Of a DNA stretch of 42,508 bases, positions 41,897 to 42,508 are shown piece by piece. Each line of letters starts with the position of its first letter. Position 1 is the first letter of the stretch. The notes beneath the pieces were generated by a model that saw nothing but the letters and a program-made list of their open reading frames with translations, ran no database searches and had not been told where the DNA came from. A program made the translations under genes and the position numbers. This stretch comes from Candidatus Campbellbacteria bacterium (GTDB lineage: Bacteria; Patescibacteriota; Minisyncoccia; Phycocordibacterales; CSBR16-193), in NCBI GenBank assembly GCA_007129455.1, contig SKVL01000003.1:1-42508 (forward strand), given 5' to 3'.

Positions 41897-42508
41897 AATG
41901 TTTGGCATGGATTCAATATTTGTACTTTTGATACTTCTTATTACCGCGGTAATTTTTCTTCTCTTTGCGGTTGTTTGGCTGTTACATCGATTGGAGAGAC
42001 AGAGAAGATCGTATTACAAAGTAATTGAGGCGACTAAAAAGAAAGCGAAGGACGTAATGGAAGAGACACGTCTTAAAGCCCAAGAGATTTTACTTTCGGC
42101 GGAACAAAGTGCCGGTCGATATCTTTCCGAAAGGCGGACGGAAATAAACTCAATTCATAATGAGTTTGTTCAAAAACTCGAAAGCTTCAGTGAAGAAGCT
42201 AAAAGAACCTTTGCCGGGAGTGTTCAAAAGGTTGAGGGTTTTTCCGATGAGATGTCCAAAGAAGCTCGAGTTAAGATGGGGGAGGCCATTGACGCAGCGA
42301 GAGAAGATATCAAAGAAGCCTTACGTTTAGCTAAAGAGAGCATGGATGAGAGGATGCACAGAACCTCTGAAGACCTGTCGTCTGTCGGCAATTCCGTGAG
42401 GCAACTTGATGCTCTGAATACGGAGGCTAAAAAAGCCTTCGCTGAGAGTGCAAAAAGCTTTTATCAACTCTCAAACGAGATGTCTGAAGAAGCCCGAGGC
42501 AACGTGGA
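41897..42508 (+). CDS. partial (3'-truncated by the window end) membrane-anchored coiled-coil protein with internal repeats
   Basis: My own translation from ATG 41897 stays open to the window end (about 204 codons). It is absent from the ORF track because no stop is reached. It has one N-terminal TM helix and then a charged helical sequence with the repeated motif EAK(R/K)(T/A)FA.S....S.EMS(K/E)EAR. Confidence 0.5.

Noticed and set aside
1-42508. Mobile elements, prophage, defence islands or toxin-antitoxin pairs
   Set aside because: No transposase, integrase, recombinase, reverse transcriptase or Cas-like motifs appear in any frame. There are no terminal inverted or long direct repeats. The DUF360 holin-family-4-like gene stands alone, without lysis or phage neighbours.

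Overview
This 42.5-kb window is AT-rich, densely coded and made up almost entirely of housekeeping genes. By inference from gene content only, it looks like a reduced-genome fermentative bacterium of the CPR/Patescibacteria type. I saw no transposases, integrases, CRISPR arrays, prophage or recognisable defence genes, and I did not find a clear novel multi-gene system.

Gene content:
- Minus strand, 768-10624: eight tightly packed genes that together run from glycerate to acetate. They encode glycerate kinase, PEP synthase, enolase, ADP-forming acetyl-CoA synthetase beta and alpha, ferredoxin, and 2-oxoacid:ferredoxin oxidoreductase alpha and beta.
- Plus strand, from 10977:
  - tRNA-Leu(CAG) abutting murD, then murC.
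  - A three-gene insertion: a small membrane protein, a secreted DUF4015-like hydrolase, and a soluble VirD4/TraD-like ATPase.
  - murB, a lysine-rich H1-like protein, secA, a DedA protein and an AI-2E transporter.
  - An alpha-glucan cluster: glycogen-synthase-like GT, GH57, an acidic repeat protein and a GH15 glucoamylase.
  - A DUF360 protein, MYG1, obg and gatB.
  - pheS, pheT, a DUF192 protein and class II RNR nrdJ.
  - A terminal group of membrane or secreted proteins of unknown function.
- Minus strand, about 32551-33054: RNase P RNA.

Most interesting non-routine signals:
1. The RNase P RNA is expanded to about 0.5 kb by three paralogous long hairpins.
2. A 350-nt structured, repeat-containing spacer upstream of tRNA-Leu, which I cannot assign to any known RNA class.
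3. Extended -10 promoters placed 5-8 nt before ATG recur at several genes, implying leaderless mRNAs. The tRNA-murD junction would give a near-leaderless murD after tRNA processing.
4. A paralogous pair of exported proteins share a promoter motif. One ends in a two-helix hairpin resembling an ATP-synthase c subunit but lacking the carboxylate.

All functional calls come from motif recognition in the supplied translations. No database search was run.
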